40,649 nt of DNA from Candidatus Peregrinibacteria bacterium (GTDB taxonomy: Bacteria; Patescibacteriota; Gracilibacteria; Peribacterales; Peribacteraceae): the NCBI GenBank assembly GCA_016201685.1, contig JACQCJ010000008.1, positions 1 through 40,649 on the forward strand. The letters are read 5' to 3'. Positions within the stretch are counted from its first letter, which is position 1. Every line of letters begins with the position of its first letter. The notes beneath the pieces were generated by a model. It was not told where the DNA came from and made no database searches. It saw only the letters and a list, made by a program, of their open reading frames with translations. The translations under genes were made by a program, and so were the position numbers. Shown here piece after piece: positions 8,992 to 17,201 of this stretch.

Positions 8992-10114
8992 CGATGGCTT
9001 CTTCGGCCGTTTGGTTTGGGTCGCTCACGACATGATCGTTGACGTGAATCCCCTTCTGCGCGATCAATCTCCGAGCGTCGGATTTTGATGAGATGATTTT
9101 GTGCTCTACAAGAACGTCGATCAGGAGACTTCCCTTTTTCACTTTAATTTCCATCATCTCTTCCGGAAGTTCCTTCTTGGAGAAGACGCGCTGGAATTCC
9201 TCTTCGGCATGCTCGGCGGTTTTCGCGCCGTGATACAGCGTCACGATCTCCCGCGCGAGGCGCATTTTGAAATCTTTGGGATTCGAACCATGGTTCATGG
9301 CCTTTTCCGCCGCCGTGATGTCTTCCATCGGAAGATCAGTGCAGCATTCCATGTAGGTCGTGATCAGATTGTCGCTGATGGAGAGGAGCTTGCCGTACAT
9401 GTCGTTGGGCTCGTCGGTGAGATAGATGCAGTTGTCGTACGTCTTGCTCATTTTTCGTCCGTCGGTCCCCTCGACGAGTTTTGTCGTGAGAACGAACTTA
9501 TCGCGCTTGCCGTATGCCTTCTGCAGCGTGCGTCCCGCGAGCATGTTGAAGAGTTGATCATTGCCACCGAGTTCGCAGTCGACATCGAGGATGACGGAGT
9601 CATATCCGACGAAAAGCGGGTAGAGAAACTCGTGGATGCCGATCGGATTCCCCTCACCCATTCTCTTCTTGAACATGTCCCGCTGTTCCATCTGCTGAAC
9701 CGTGAAGTGGCTTGCGAGTCCGAGAATTTCTTTCCCGTTGAGCTTTTTCAGCCATTCCCCGTTTTCCCGCACTTCGATTTTTTTAAAATCGAGAATCAAC
9801 AATGCTTGTTGCTTGTACGTTTCGAAGTTTTTCATCACCTGCTCGCGCGTGAGCGGCTCGCGCTGCGAATCTCTGCCGGATGGATCGCCAATCATCGCCG
9901 TGAAACTGCCAATGACGAAAATCACGTGATGCCCTGCATCTTGAAATGCCTTCAGTTTCCGAAGTGGAACCGAATGTCCCAGATGGAGTTTGGCACCCGT
10001 GGGATCAATGCCGAGGTACACGCGAAGCTTTTGGCCGCTTGTGATCTTCTTCTCCGCCAGATCGCGCGGTACGACTTCCGAGACGGCACGGGTGAGGAGT
10101 TCAGAAGGATTCAT
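8948..10114 (-). CDS. tyrS: Tyrosine--tRNA ligase
   Basis: HIGH motif (KLHLGH), KMSKS motif (RKMSKT) and a C-terminal S4 domain (SKSDARRLIAQKGIHVNDHVV). I placed the start at MNPSELLTRAV (ATG at 10114); the longer ORF N-terminus looks non-coding. Confidence 0.93.
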   Translation of the reverse strand: MNPSELLTRAVSEVVPRDLAEKKITSGQKLRVYLGIDPTGAKLHLGHSVPLRKLKAFQDAGHHVIFVIGSFTAMIGDPSGRDSQREPLTREQVMKNFETYKQQALLILDFKKIEVRENGEWLKKLNGKEILGLASHFTVQQMEQRDMFKKRMGEGNPIGIHEFLYPLFVGYDSVILDVDCELGGNDQLFNMLAGRTLQKAYGKRDKFVLTTKLVEGTDGRKMSKTYDNCIYLTDEPNDMYGKLLSISDNLITTYMECCTDLPMEDITAAEKAMNHGSNPKDFKMRLAREIVTLYHGAKTAEHAEEEFQRVFSKKELPEEMMEIKVKKGSLLIDVLVEHKIISSKSDARRLIAQKGIHVNDHVVSDPNQTAEEAIVKVGKRRFVSVTIR

Positions 10115-10329
10115 GTACGGAAGTGTACAGTGGACCCGTCCGAACGGCCAAGCGGCCGAGCGGGCAGCAAAAAGTGGACACGAGGTTGGCTTTTTTGCTT
10201 CGGGGCTTTTTTTCGAGCAAAAAAGGGGCGAGCGCATCCATGCACTCGCCCGCGGCGGAGCAAAGAACCTGCGCGACGGCTCCTGCTCCTTCATTCTCCG
10301 CCTCTGCTCAGGAGAAGAATGATCGTTTA

Positions 10330-11331
10330 ATGCTACAGACTCTTGTTTTGAGTTCAACAAACTCTTGCAACTGCTACCATGCCGTCGTGCCCCAGTGGAT
10401 CGTCTCCCGGCCCGATCGCCTCGATTCCTTCCTCGCCTCGCAGAAGGAAGTGATCAGCCGCAGCAAGGCGCAGAAGAGCATTGAGCAGGGGCAGGTGCAG
10501 GTGAATGATGACGTGATCTCCAAACCCGCGCAGCGATTGCAGGAGGGAGACAGAGTGACCTTGATGGAATCGGAAGCGAAGACGGATGAAGCGATCGCGC
10601 CCACAGATCTGCATCTTTCGATTCTCTATGAAGACGATGCATGTTGCGTCATCGACAAGCCCGCCGGCATTGCCGTGCATCCGGGAGCGGGTATGGCGCT
10701 GGGCGAGAAGACCATTCTCCATGGAATTGCTTTTCTGTATGGGCAATGGAAATTGCCTTTCTCGACGGAGTCCGTCCTCGTTCATCGCTTGGATAAGGAG
10801 ACGACGGGATGCTTGCTCATCGCGCAAAATCCGCGCGCGCATCTCGAATTGCAGAAGCAGTTTGAAACTCGAACGGTGGAGAAGAAGTATCTCGCACTCG
10901 TCGCGGGAGTCCCCTCCCCCGCCACGGCAATGATCGATTCCCCCATTGGGCGCTCGGCCGCCAATCGCACGATGATGTCCGTGAGCGGAAGCGCTCAGGC
11001 GCGCGAAGCTCAAACCACCTATCGAACGGTCGGCGTGAATGATGCGCGTAATGCCGCCCTTCTCGAATGCGAATTGCACACGGGCCGCACACACCAGATC
11101 CGCGTCCACCTCTCCGCCATCGGGCATCCTGTGCTCGGCGATGGAACGTACACGAACGAACTGAGCGAGCGAGTCGCGCAGGAATTCGACATCCGGATTC
11201 TCTGTCTCCATGCCTGGAGGCTCACCTTTGAATCACCCGCCGATCATAAACGTCATGTCATCGAATCCCTTCTCCCATTCGAATTCCGGAAAGTCTTGAA
11301 GCGAATGAACGTCGAAGAACCCAGCTCGTAA
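10330..11331 (+). CDS. rluD: RluA-family 23S rRNA pseudouridine synthase (RluD-like)
   Basis: N-terminal S4 domain (RLDSFLASQKEVISRSKAQKSIEQGQVQVND) and a catalytic HRLDKETTGCLLIAQN motif, plus HTGRTHQIRVHL. The start at ATG 10330 is inferred. Confidence 0.85.
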   Translation: MLQTLVLSSTNSCNCYHAVVPQWIVSRPDRLDSFLASQKEVISRSKAQKSIEQGQVQVNDDVISKPAQRLQEGDRVTLMESEAKTDEAIAPTDLHLSILYEDDACCVIDKPAGIAVHPGAGMALGEKTILHGIAFLYGQWKLPFSTESVLVHRLDKETTGCLLIAQNPRAHLELQKQFETRTVEKKYLALVAGVPSPATAMIDSPIGRSAANRTMMSVSGSAQAREAQTTYRTVGVNDARNAALLECELHTGRTHQIRVHLSAIGHPVLGDGTYTNELSERVAQEFDIRILCLHAWRLTFESPADHKRHVIESLLPFEFRKVLKRMNVEEPSS

Positions 11332-11355
11332 TTCTCTTTTCTTCACCATTCTTCT

Positions 11356-11948
11356 ATGGATTATCCTCGCAAACCCGTGCAGACCACCATCCCGATTCTC
11401 GAGGCGATCCGCGATCGCTGGAGTCCGCTGGCTTTCAGTGATCACCCAATCGAGCAGGAGAAGATCGCCACACTCTTCGAAGCCGCGCGCTGGGCGCCGA
11501 GCAGTTTCAATGAGCAGCCGTGGCGGTACGTGTATGCGACAAAGGACGATAAAGACGATCGATTGAAACTGGAATCACTTTTAGTCGAAGGGAACAGCTG
11601 GGCGAAGAATGCGTACCTCCTCGTCCTCAGTTTTGCCGTGCCGACGTTCGCTCGCAACGGCAAGGAGAATCGGCATGCGATGCACGATCTGGGGGCAGCG
11701 ACGGGATTTCTGGCGCTCCAACTCCCCTCTCTGGGCCTCATCGGACATCAGATCAGATGGCGGGATTCAACCTCGCCCAGGCCAATGGCACGCTCGGCGT
11801 TCCTCCGGAATTGATCTCCGGTTCCATGATGGCGATCGGCTATTCAGGTGATTCTTCACTGCTCGATCCCAAGCTCAAGGAGAGGGAAAATTCGCCGCGG
11901 ACGCGCCGCCCGGTCAATGAGTTTGCGATGCGGGGGAGGTGGTATTGA
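11356..11948 (+). pseudogene. Nitroreductase-family gene interrupted by a frameshift
   Basis: Two ORFs, 11356-11814 (SSFNEQPWRYVYAT, nitroreductase-like) and 11757-11948 (MAGFNLAQANGTLGVPPELISGSMMAIGY), join into one protein (..LGLIGHQ|MAGFN..) if one copy of the tandem ATCAG at 11747-11756 is removed. Confidence 0.8.
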
Positions 11949-11949
11949 T

Positions 11950-11989
11950 CCTCCTTCGCTCTGCGGAGCTACGGAGGACAGGGAGGAAA
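11950..11989 (+). terminator. GC hairpin just after the nitroreductase stop; possible terminator or degenerate copy of the GC palindromic element
   Basis: cctccTTCgctcTGCGgagcTACggagg forms nested stems, followed by acagggaggaaa. This resembles the right end (ggagg..cagggggtggaggaaaa) of the element family. There is no U-run. Confidence 0.35.
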
Positions 11990-12021
11990 TTGAGAAGGCG
12001 AGGTCAAAACTTTCTCGGACA

Positions 12022-12276
12022 TCAGTAATGATGCCGACAAGCAAAGACGGTGATGGTGTCTTTCTCCACTCTGTACACAAGTCGATGCGTTTTATCGATT
12101 CGCCTCGACCAACATCCGTGTAGATCGAAGAGAAGAGGCTCTGGTTTCCCGATGCCATCAAACGGGTTTTGGACAATCGCCTGGCAGAGTGCACTGATCC
12201 GTTCGAACTTCTTCGGATCACGCCGTTTCCAGAAGAGATAATCCTCATACGCCGCATCCGTGAATTCGATCTGCAT
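12022..12276 (-). CDS. yoeB: YoeB/Txe-family toxin (ribosome-dependent mRNA interferase)
   Basis: 84-aa ORF MQIEFTDAAYEDYLFWKRRDPKKFERI...GIGKPEPL...GCWSRRIDKTHRLVYRV...ACRHHY, the typical YoeB signature. It starts 6 nt downstream of the antitoxin stop. Confidence 0.9.
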   Translation of the reverse strand: MQIEFTDAAYEDYLFWKRRDPKKFERISALCQAIVQNPFDGIGKPEPLLFDLHGCWSRRIDKTHRLVYRVEKDTITVFACRHHY

Positions 12277-12282
12277 TCGCGA

Positions 12283-12528
12283 TCAGAACTTCACGATACG
12301 TGTTTTGCCCCGTTTCGCTTCCTCAAGGGATCGTTCCAGATGCTTTCGATTCTTTTTCGATGAGAGCAAGTACGCGGTTTCCTGAAGCGACAGGAATTCA
12401 TCAAGCGAGAGGGTCACCGTTGTTCTTCCTTTCCCTCTACTCACGACAATCTCCTCACAATCCTGCTCGGCGCGATCGAGGAACTGCGCGAGATTGGCGC
12501 GGAAAGCTGTGTAGGTGACCGTAGTCAT
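12283..12528 (-). CDS. yefM: YefM/Phd-family antitoxin
   Basis: 81-aa ORF MTTVTYTAFRANLAQFLDRAEQDCEEIVVSR...ETAYLLSS, the typical Phd/YefM N-terminal domain, located directly upstream of yoeB. Confidence 0.88.
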   Translation of the reverse strand: MTTVTYTAFRANLAQFLDRAEQDCEEIVVSRGKGRTTVTLSLDEFLSLQETAYLLSSKKNRKHLERSLEEAKRGKTRIVKF

Positions 12529-12532
12529 AGTA

Positions 12533-12579
12533 AGTACGTGAAAACGTACTCATTGTACCAGAGCAGCAGCGCAGGTCAA
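12533..12579 (-). promoter_or_regulatory. Putative yefM-yoeB promoter with GTAC-core operator repeats
   Basis: On the minus strand: TTGACC (12574-12579), a 16-nt spacer, then TACAAT (12552-12557). A perfect inverted repeat AGTACGT-N4-ACGTACT (12533-12550) lies between the -10 and the ATG. Three GTAC cores sit at 12534, 12546 and 12555, and the first two are 12 bp apart. Confidence 0.5.
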
Positions 12580-12626
12580 CGCATTAGCAATGCAGGGGAG
12601 GTGGATGGAGAAGGGAAGTTGAGCAA

Positions 12627-13280
12627 TCATTGTTCTGATGCAGTATGGTCCAACGAATCGATGAGTTGGTCCAGAGATGCAATGAGCTTTTTTTTCAGAA
12701 TTTCGATCTCCCCTCCTTTGCTCAGTTGCTCCTCTTCTACTCGTTCGTGAAGCACATGAAGCTTTCCTTTTTTATGGAGTTTTGTGAATGACGGGACGGG
12801 AGATTTCTCGGGATTGATAGTGCCAATTCTCTCGAACCCAATGGCGACACGATCATCGTAACGACGCAGTCCATCCACTTTTTCCATGATCCCGTATGCT
12901 TGGCTCACTGCTTCATCACGCCCAAAGAGCCTTAACGCTTCGATGACGTTGGAGATAATTCTGAAGCAGCCGTCATACTTGTGATCAGCTGCATGGAGGC
13001 ACACGAGGTTATTCTTGCCCAAGGGGCAGTACACTCCTGTTCCGAGGCCTATGTGTTTTGGATGATCCGGGTCTTCGTGAATTGCGCCACATGGAGTAAT
13101 CTTGGTCCCATCAAGCGCATCACGAATTTGTCGTACTGTCAGGCCTGAGTACTCTTTGAGAAAATCCGGAATGATATCAAACCTGTGACACAATTGTTGA
13201 TCTTCAACAATTTCGTTGAGGGGGACCTTTGATGGTTTCGTTTCCCCTACTCGCATGGTAACTATTATATACTCATTCAT
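12627..13280 (-). CDS. Hypothetical protein, 217 aa, Cys/His-rich core plus C-terminal coiled coil
   Basis: Clean ORF in a lower-GC stretch. I recognise no family. Cys/His cluster: CHRF, TPCGAIHEDPDHPKH, YCPLG, VCLHAADHKYDGC. Confidence 0.6.
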   Translation of the reverse strand: MNEYIIVTMRVGETKPSKVPLNEIVEDQQLCHRFDIIPDFLKEYSGLTVRQIRDALDGTKITPCGAIHEDPDHPKHIGLGTGVYCPLGKNNLVCLHAADHKYDGCFRIISNVIEALRLFGRDEAVSQAYGIMEKVDGLRRYDDRVAIGFERIGTINPEKSPVPSFTKLHKKGKLHVLHERVEEEQLSKGGEIEILKKKLIASLDQLIDSLDHTASEQ

Positions 13281-13409
13281 TTCAGATGGGAAGACTTAAC
13301 CCCATCTCCTGTAGCCACGGCGCTTTCCTCAAGGGCTTGCTACAAACTAGTTACTTGGCGGCTGGTCGCACGAACGTTGGGTCAAGGCCAAGTTGAGCAA
13401 GTTGTCACT

Positions 13410-13770
13410 ATGGGAGATAGAAAAATTGCCAATCATGATGAGAGCGATTACAATACGGGCAACATTTCCTTCTTGCTCATGGATGTACCTCATGAACTGA
13501 CCCCCCCCCGACAATGGCATTCTCTTCAATGAAGCGCTCGAATACCGGGAGAATGATCCGTCATTTGCCGACAAAATAGCACCACAAGTGGATGCGATCA
13601 TCAGCGCATTGCAGGAGCATATGGGTGACGAATTTGAATTCTTTCTTCAGCAGATGCACAAAGGAGAAGAGGAGCTCCATCGGTTCAATTCCGATCAGAC
13701 ATACCGTGAAGCCGTTGCTCTTGAGGTTGAGGCCGCAATCACTCGCGCAACGACGCCGCCTCTCGGTTGA
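13410..13770 (+). pseudogene. Candidate small ORF split by a C9 homopolymer (unknown function)
   Basis: The frame from ATG 13410 (MGDRKIANHDESDYNTGNISFLLMDVPHELTPP) runs into a C9 tract at 13501-13509. With one extra C it continues as DNGILFNEALEYRENDPSFADKIAPQVDAIISALQEHMGDEF... to the stop at 13770. As it stands, only a 60-aa GTG-initiated ORF (13588-13770) is intact. Confidence 0.3.
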
Positions 13771-13799
13771 TAGAAGCAAGACGTTACGGCTTTTGCAAA

Positions 13800-15497
13800 T
13801 TACGGCTGAAACTCCACCGTGTAGTCGAGCGTGTCGAGGATCTCTCCTTTTCCATTGCGCGCGACGATGTGGTAGACGTTCGTGCCCGGCTTCAAATTCT
13901 TCAGATCCGGAGACGCGATGTAGTTCCAGGTCGTCTTACCGGGTTTGTAGAGCTGCAGACGGTAATCATTGATCCACAGGCTTACAGTTTTCGCCGAGGT
14001 CGCCCCTTCGAGCAGGAATCCCGTTCCCGTCGCGGTCGCTTGGGTGCCGGGCACGGGTCCCGTCACGGCCAATGATCCTGGCAGAAGCGGCGCATTGGTC
14101 GGGAGAGCAGCGGGATTCAGCGCGCTGCTCGAACTCCGTTGATCCGTGCTCACGATGCCCACTGGCCCAGCTTCGAGCAGGATCGTGATTGTGGCGGCGT
14201 TGCCCTTCGCCGTTCCATCGCCGAAGAGCGCGAAGACGTTGTACACGTTCTTCCCGGGTTGGAGGTTGCCTACCTTCGTCGTGGCGAGGTAACTCCACGT
14301 GCCCTTGCCGGGGTCGAAGAGCCGCAGTTTGTAATCGTTGACCATGATTGCCACGGCACTCGCAGGGGCGGTGCCCCGCAACACGATCTCTTCGCCCTGC
14401 ACGCGGTACGTCTGTCCCGCCGCCGCCGGCTCGGTGATGACGGGCGCGGGAAGAGCTTGTGCGCTTCGGTGCACCGTGCGCGTCACCTGCGCGAGGACCG
14501 TCCCATTCGCGCCGAGGGCCTGAATCGTGATCTCCGCGTCGCCTGTTCCCTGCGGCGAAATTTCCTGCGAGAACGCGTGCGTGGTTGTATCGATGGGGGC
14601 CGTGTGTCCATTGATCTGCACCTGCGTGACTCCCGCGCCCACGGCACCCGCAACGACGATGGTGCCCGTCGTGAGCATCGCGTTATTCTGCGGCTTGGAA
14701 ACGATGAGGATATCCGAGGTCGCACGCACGGCTACGGATACGTGCTCTCCTCCCGATGCCGCCATCATCCGGCTGTCGCGGATGAAGGGTGACTGCACCG
14801 CGAGCGGATCGAGCGGGGAACGATACGCGTAGAGGTCCGCTCCGGGGACGGTGTCGCTGGACACGCTCCACTTCTGCCCTTCTCCGATGAGAATGGAATC
14901 GCGTCCGCGCATGCGCACGGTGATGCCGAGTCCGTCGGCTGCGAAGACGGTCAGCGATGAGGGGCCGATCACCGCTTGGCTGCGAGATGGGAGATCGAGC
15001 GTGGAGGATGGCGTGACGATCTCACGTACGATGCTGCCGGAGAAGATCTTCATGGACGGAACATCGATCCACACGGCGCCATTGTTCACAGTGAGGCCGA
15101 TGGCGGAGGCTTTGGGATCGTGCGTGCTGCGATTGAGAGCGATATCGCTTCGTTCATCCAGACGAACGCGCGTGCCGTCGAAGAACGTGAGCGTCCCGTG
15201 TCCGCCCGTCGCGGTGTTCACTTTGTCCCCCGCGTAGAGTTTCATGTCGTTCTCCGCCCGTTGCCATCCGCCCCCTTCCACGGAGACGTTCACCGTCCCG
15301 CCGTCCTCCACCGCCAGCGCCGCCGCGGCTTTCTCTCCGCCGCTCCCGACTCCAAAGAGGCGCAGCACCCACGATCCGACCAGGTAGAGGAGCGCAAGGA
15401 TGACGACGAGCTTCACGATCGTCCACACCGCATTCGGCGCGAAGGAGGAATGTGCCAGCGCGTAGGGGCTTCTGCGTCGTCGGGGGGAGAGGAACAT
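13800..15497 (-). CDS. Membrane-anchored FecR-domain protein with two C-terminal Ig-like repeats
   Basis: N-terminal TM helix (VWTIVKLVVILALLYLVGSWVL) and a FecR-like segment (LYAGDKVNTATGGHGTLTFFDGTRVRLDERSDIAL). Two related ~75-aa C-terminal modules are present (VNDYKLRLFDPGKGTWSYLA..PGKNVY / INDYRLQLYKPGKTTWNYIA..PGTNVY). Confidence 0.7.
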   Translation of the reverse strand: MFLSPRRRRSPYALAHSSFAPNAVWTIVKLVVILALLYLVGSWVLRLFGVGSGGEKAAAALAVEDGGTVNVSVEGGGWQRAENDMKLYAGDKVNTATGGHGTLTFFDGTRVRLDERSDIALNRSTHDPKASAIGLTVNNGAVWIDVPSMKIFSGSIVREIVTPSSTLDLPSRSQAVIGPSSLTVFAADGLGITVRMRGRDSILIGEGQKWSVSSDTVPGADLYAYRSPLDPLAVQSPFIRDSRMMAASGGEHVSVAVRATSDILIVSKPQNNAMLTTGTIVVAGAVGAGVTQVQINGHTAPIDTTTHAFSQEISPQGTGDAEITIQALGANGTVLAQVTRTVHRSAQALPAPVITEPAAAGQTYRVQGEEIVLRGTAPASAVAIMVNDYKLRLFDPGKGTWSYLATTKVGNLQPGKNVYNVFALFGDGTAKGNAATITILLEAGPVGIVSTDQRSSSSALNPAALPTNAPLLPGSLAVTGPVPGTQATATGTGFLLEGATSAKTVSLWINDYRLQLYKPGKTTWNYIASPDLKNLKPGTNVYHIVARNGKGEILDTLDYTVEFQP

Positions 15498-15624
15498 GCG
15501 CGAGTGCGAGAAGGCTTGTGAAGAACGATTGTGAGGTAGGAAGATATGCTATGGAAGAGAGGGGTTTGAGTGCAAGGTGTTCGACATGCTTTATTGCACG
15601 CAATTCTGTGCTTGGATTGTGTGC

Positions 15625-15778
15625 TGTTTGTGTTGGTGTTTTGTAGGTGACCTCACCCCCTGGCCCCCTCTCCTGATCTTGGACTCTTCTTTTCATCAGA
15701 GCGTCTGCACGTTTCGCTCGTCCCCAGGACAGGAGAGGGGTTGGGGGTGAGGTCACACAAAAAACAACATACAAAACA
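15625..15778. repeat. GC-rich palindromic element, copy D (intergenic, ~50-bp terminal inverted repeats)
   Basis: The left end is tgtttgtgttggtgttttgtaggtgacctcaccccctggccccctctcctg. The reverse complement of the right end is tgttttgtatgttgttttttgtgtgacctcacccccaacccctctcctg. The core arms are 15647-15675 and 15730-15756, and the A/C-rich tail is present on both sides. Confidence 0.8.
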
Positions 15779-15809
15779 TTTCCATTCTCAACAAAATCAT
15801 CACCCTTTT

Positions 15810-16985
15810 TTATCCAATCGCCCGCGCCACTTCGAAGGGGGTGCTGATGCCCTGCGCCACGATCTTCGCCGCCCAGTCCTGCATCGAGACGAACCCTTCG
15901 GTTCTCGCTTGCTTCTCGAGGGCGGCCGTTTGCTCGAGCGAGAGGATCAGCTGCCCGATTGCCGGACTCATGAGGAAGAGCTCCGGGACGGAAATCTGTC
16001 CGCCGTAGCTGCTGTTCGACGCGGGGTCGCAGGCTGCGCCTTTCACCCGACAGTCGTCCGAGAGCGTTCGCACGAGTCTCTGTGCGAGCACGGCGCGCAG
16101 CGCCGGCGCGAGGGTGTAGGGGCTCACTCCCATCGAGAGCAGACGCGGCACGGCTTCGATCGCGGAATTCGTGTGGAGGGTGGAGAGGACGAGGTGTCCT
16201 GTGAGCGACGCATTCACCGCGGTCTGCGCCGTCTCCAGGTCACGAATCTCGCCCACGAGGATGACGTCCGGGTCGTGGCGGAGGATCGACCGCAGCCCGC
16301 TCGCGAAGGTGTAATCGTGCGCCGGATCGATCTCGCTCTGGATGATGCCGGCGAGCTCGTACTCCACGGGATCCTCGAGCGTGATGATGTTTCTGGCTTT
16401 GCCGACGATGGTCGAGAGGAGCGCGTAGAGCGTCGTCGTTTTCCCAGAGCCGGTCGGTCCCGTGACGAGGATGAGGCCGTGGGGAAGGTCGGCGAGTTCC
16501 TCGAGTGTTTTGCTGATCTCCGCAGGAAAGCCGAGCTTCTCGAGCGGCAGGATGCCGCGATCCGGATCGAGAAGACGCAACGTGAGCGCTTCGCCGAAGC
16601 GGGAGGGAAGCGTGGCCACGCGTACGTTCACGGTTCGACTGCGTTCACCCCGAGTTCCGTCGAGGGGCTCACCGTTTTCGGCGGTTCGTATTCTTTCACC
16701 TTGCGGCGTCTTCTGCGAGACTTGGAACGTGTACTGCCCGTCCTGGGGAATGTTCGTGATATTCAGTTTCAACTTGGATTCGAACTTTATGCGCCGCAGC
16801 AGTTCCGCATAGGTCTTCGGCGTCACCGAAGCGATCTGCTGCAGCACGCCGTGGAGGCGGACTTCGAGCCGCACGTCCTTCTTCTGCGGTGAGAGGTGGA
16901 TGTCGGATGCACCCTGCCGGGTGCAGTCTTCTTGCAGTTCCTTCAGCAGGGTTTCGCCGTCGAGCGCCGCGAAGTCGATAGGCAT
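15810..16985 (-). CDS. Type II/IV secretion system ATPase (GspE/PilB family)
   Basis: Walker A LILVTGPTGSGKTTTLYALL, Asp box and Walker B DPDVILVGEIRDLETA, His box LTGHLVLSTLHTN. Short N-terminus. A ~20-aa insert precedes the RVATLP segment. Confidence 0.85.
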   Translation of the reverse strand: MPIDFAALDGETLLKELQEDCTRQGASDIHLSPQKKDVRLEVRLHGVLQQIASVTPKTYAELLRRIKFESKLKLNITNIPQDGQYTFQVSQKTPQGERIRTAENGEPLDGTRGERSRTVNVRVATLPSRFGEALTLRLLDPDRGILPLEKLGFPAEISKTLEELADLPHGLILVTGPTGSGKTTTLYALLSTIVGKARNIITLEDPVEYELAGIIQSEIDPAHDYTFASGLRSILRHDPDVILVGEIRDLETAQTAVNASLTGHLVLSTLHTNSAIEAVPRLLSMGVSPYTLAPALRAVLAQRLVRTLSDDCRVKGAACDPASNSSYGGQISVPELFLMSPAIGQLILSLEQTAALEKQARTEGFVSMQDWAAKIVAQGISTPFEVARAIG

Positions 16986-17201
16986 CAGGGGATTATACCA
17001 TGGATTGGGTCGAATGGGTACTTCAACTCTTCGTAGGAAAATCCAAGTGCCAAGCGCCAGAGGCCAAACAATTCATCAAGAAAACAATCCTTGAATTTTC
17101 AAACATTGTTCATTGATACATTTCTTGGCGTTTGGAAGCTTGGTACTTGGCTCTTTATCTCCTCCCCCTCCTCTCCCTCGTTCGTTACACTCCCCCATCG
17201 T

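Noticed and set aside
10115-10329. A T-box leader upstream of tyrS.
   Set aside because: There are several small hairpins, but no T-box sequence (AGGGUGGNACCGCG-like) on the tyrS (minus) strand. The only GTGGACC-like string is on the wrong strand.
9101-10330. A 409-aa plus-strand ORF opposite tyrS. Similar long antisense ORFs occur at 10354-11211, 15741-16892, 29569-31131, 3388-4698 and 38654-39415.
   Set aside because: All lie antisense to genes with strong family signatures and give low-complexity translations. This is typical of stop-codon-poor antisense frames in GC-rich coding DNA.
13800-14300. A diversity-generating retroelement target (VR/TR pair) in the repeated C-terminal Ig-like modules of the FecR-like protein.
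   Set aside because: The two modules are diverged protein-domain repeats with differences at all base types, not adenine-specific ones. No reverse transcriptase gene is present.
17150-17200. A further copy of the GC palindromic element in the C/T-rich tract ctcctccccctcctctccctcg upstream of the PBP gene.
   Set aside because: It is only a one-sided polypyrimidine run. There is no complementary GGAGG arm, no 3-nt-loop hairpin and no A/C-rich tail.
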